This document shows, in pieces, positions 62,417 through 64,000 of a stretch of 64,000 nt of DNA (its first letter is position 1; each line of letters starts with the position of its first letter). This DNA is from Octopus sinensis (taxonomy: Eukaryota). Position numbers and translations under genes: made by a program. The stretch covers positions 14,136,001 to 14,200,000 of the forward strand of contig NC_043010.1 in the NCBI RefSeq assembly GCF_006345805.1, given 5' to 3'. The notes beneath the pieces were generated by a model, which made no database searches, was not told where the DNA came from, and saw only the letters and a list, made by a program, of their open reading frames with translations.

Positions 62417-62810
62417 GGCGCAGGAGTGGCTGTGTGGTAAGTAGCTTGTTTACCAACCACATGGTTCCAGGTTCAGTCCCACTGCGTGGCACCTTGGGCA
62501 AGTGTCTTCTACTATAGCCTCGGGCCGACCAAAGCCTTGTGAGTGAATTTGGTAGACGGAAACTGAAAGAAGCCCGTTGTATATATGTATATATATGTGT
62601 GTGTATGTTTGTGTTTGTCCCCCTAGCATTGCTTGACAACTGATGCTGGTGTGTTTATGTCCCCGTCACTTAGCGGTTCGGCAAAAGAGACCGATAGAAT
62701 AAGTACTGGGCTTGCAAAGATTAAGTCACGGGGTTGAGTTGCTCGATTAAAGGCGGTGCTCCAGCATGGCTGCAGTCAAATGACTGAAGCAAGTAAAAGA
62801 GTAAAAGAGA
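62417..62810 (+). mobile_element. SINE family B
   Basis: Full copy. Confidence 0.87.
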
Positions 62811-63401
62811 GATAAGACTAGGACGGGGTAGTTACAACTTGAATGGATGCCTTTGATTCTAGCTCTGCTGGGACAGGCTGTACTTAAGACAAAACAATTG
62901 TTTAATTCTATATCAATTATGATCAAAAACATTCCAAGCATGAACCCCTCCCTTTCTTTTTTGAAGGAATATTAAACAAGTACATGTTCCCTCACTTGCT
63001 CAGCTTGCCAATTACAGCAGTGTGTGGTGTGTATATTTGATATATGGCTATCAGTTGACTATTAAAGAGCTTGGTTGTGGCTACACGAGAGGAGTTGATT
63101 AGGAAATGTATGTGTGCCTGTGGCACTTTGTAAAATTTATTTGAGCTTTTCTGTAACACAATGGGCTTAGATGGGTCATTTTGTGTTTCAGTAGTATTAG
63201 GATGACGTCTTGCTGTGGATGGAGCAGAGTTATCATCAGTACTCCCTTTGTGTGTGTGTGTGTGCGCAACTGGGACTACATTGTTCAGTATGTAGTTTTT
63301 AAGATGGTTGCTCATATTTGGGGTAGATTTTGACTGTTATTTTTCTTGCAGGTTGACCCTTTAGTTAGTATTCAGATTACTCTGTTGAATATATTCATAT
63401 T

Positions 63402-63625
63402 GTAAAGTATACTAGCCATCTCAATATGGCTAACCACTAAGGGTGGGTGTTACTGTAGCTTTTAGCCCCAGGAGATCATCGTCTCCAGCTGGCTTTAGGC
63501 ACACTTCTGTGCCTTTTTTAAAAATTTTTTTAAGCCAGCTAGAGACGATGATCTCCTGGGGCTAAAAGCTACAGTAACACCCACCCTTAGTGGTTAGCCA
63601 TATTGAGATGGCTAGTATACTTTAC
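63402..63625. repeat. 94-bp inverted repeat (one mismatch) with 36-nt spacer
   Basis: Arms 63402-63495 and 63532-63625 are reverse complements. Confidence 0.95.
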
Positions 63626-64000
63626 GTTGTCGGGCGGTTACTGTTTACATCTCGTTCAGAGATTTATTATTGCTATATTCGTATTGTTTTGAATTAATCA
63701 TGCATTGTCATGTGGCTGTGAAATTTCAATGATGTGATTATTTATTTTTAGATGGACATAGTAGAGTATGTGTGAGAGGCCAGATATAGCCAGTTTAAAT
63801 GCTAAAGGGTTGATCTCATTGCCTGTAGTAGATCTAATGGCAATGGAATTATCATTCAGTATTGGTTTTCTGTGCTGCCATGGGCTGGATGGCTTGACAG
63901 GGTCTGGCAAGCCACAGGGCTACATTGGGCTCCAGGGTCAGCTTTGTCATGGTTCTAAAGCTACAGCTACATACCCTTCCTAATGCCAATCACTTTATAG

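Overview
AT-rich, transposon-dense metazoan genomic DNA. The SINE, RTE and (TA)n landscape resembles that of octopus; this is an inference and cannot be proven from the window. Two protein-coding genes lie head-to-head, with start codons about 1.1 kb apart. (1) A FAM98A/B-like gene on the minus strand: two coding exons, 26534-25397 and 19099-18552, giving 561 aa with a very long Gly/RGG tail. (2) EIF3A on the plus strand: 16 in-frame GT-AG coding exons from 27625 to 62237, continuing past the window end. The rest is intron or intergenic DNA filled with tRNA-derived SINEs, RTE/CR1 LINE fragments and Tc1/mariner, hAT, piggyBac and MITE elements. The most notable non-coding observations are: five minimal type-I hammerhead-ribozyme-like motifs in short repeats inside EIF3A introns, four of them with an atypical U in place of A6 in the core; a full-length Tc1-superfamily element with DD36E spacing; a 94-bp near-perfect hairpin; a minisatellite formed from a mariner catalytic motif with A/B alternation; SINE multimers inside a single TSD; and a duplicated EIF3A splice acceptor. 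Exon and TIR/TSD coordinates were read base by base. Ends of decayed repeats are approximate (+/- 20-50 bp).
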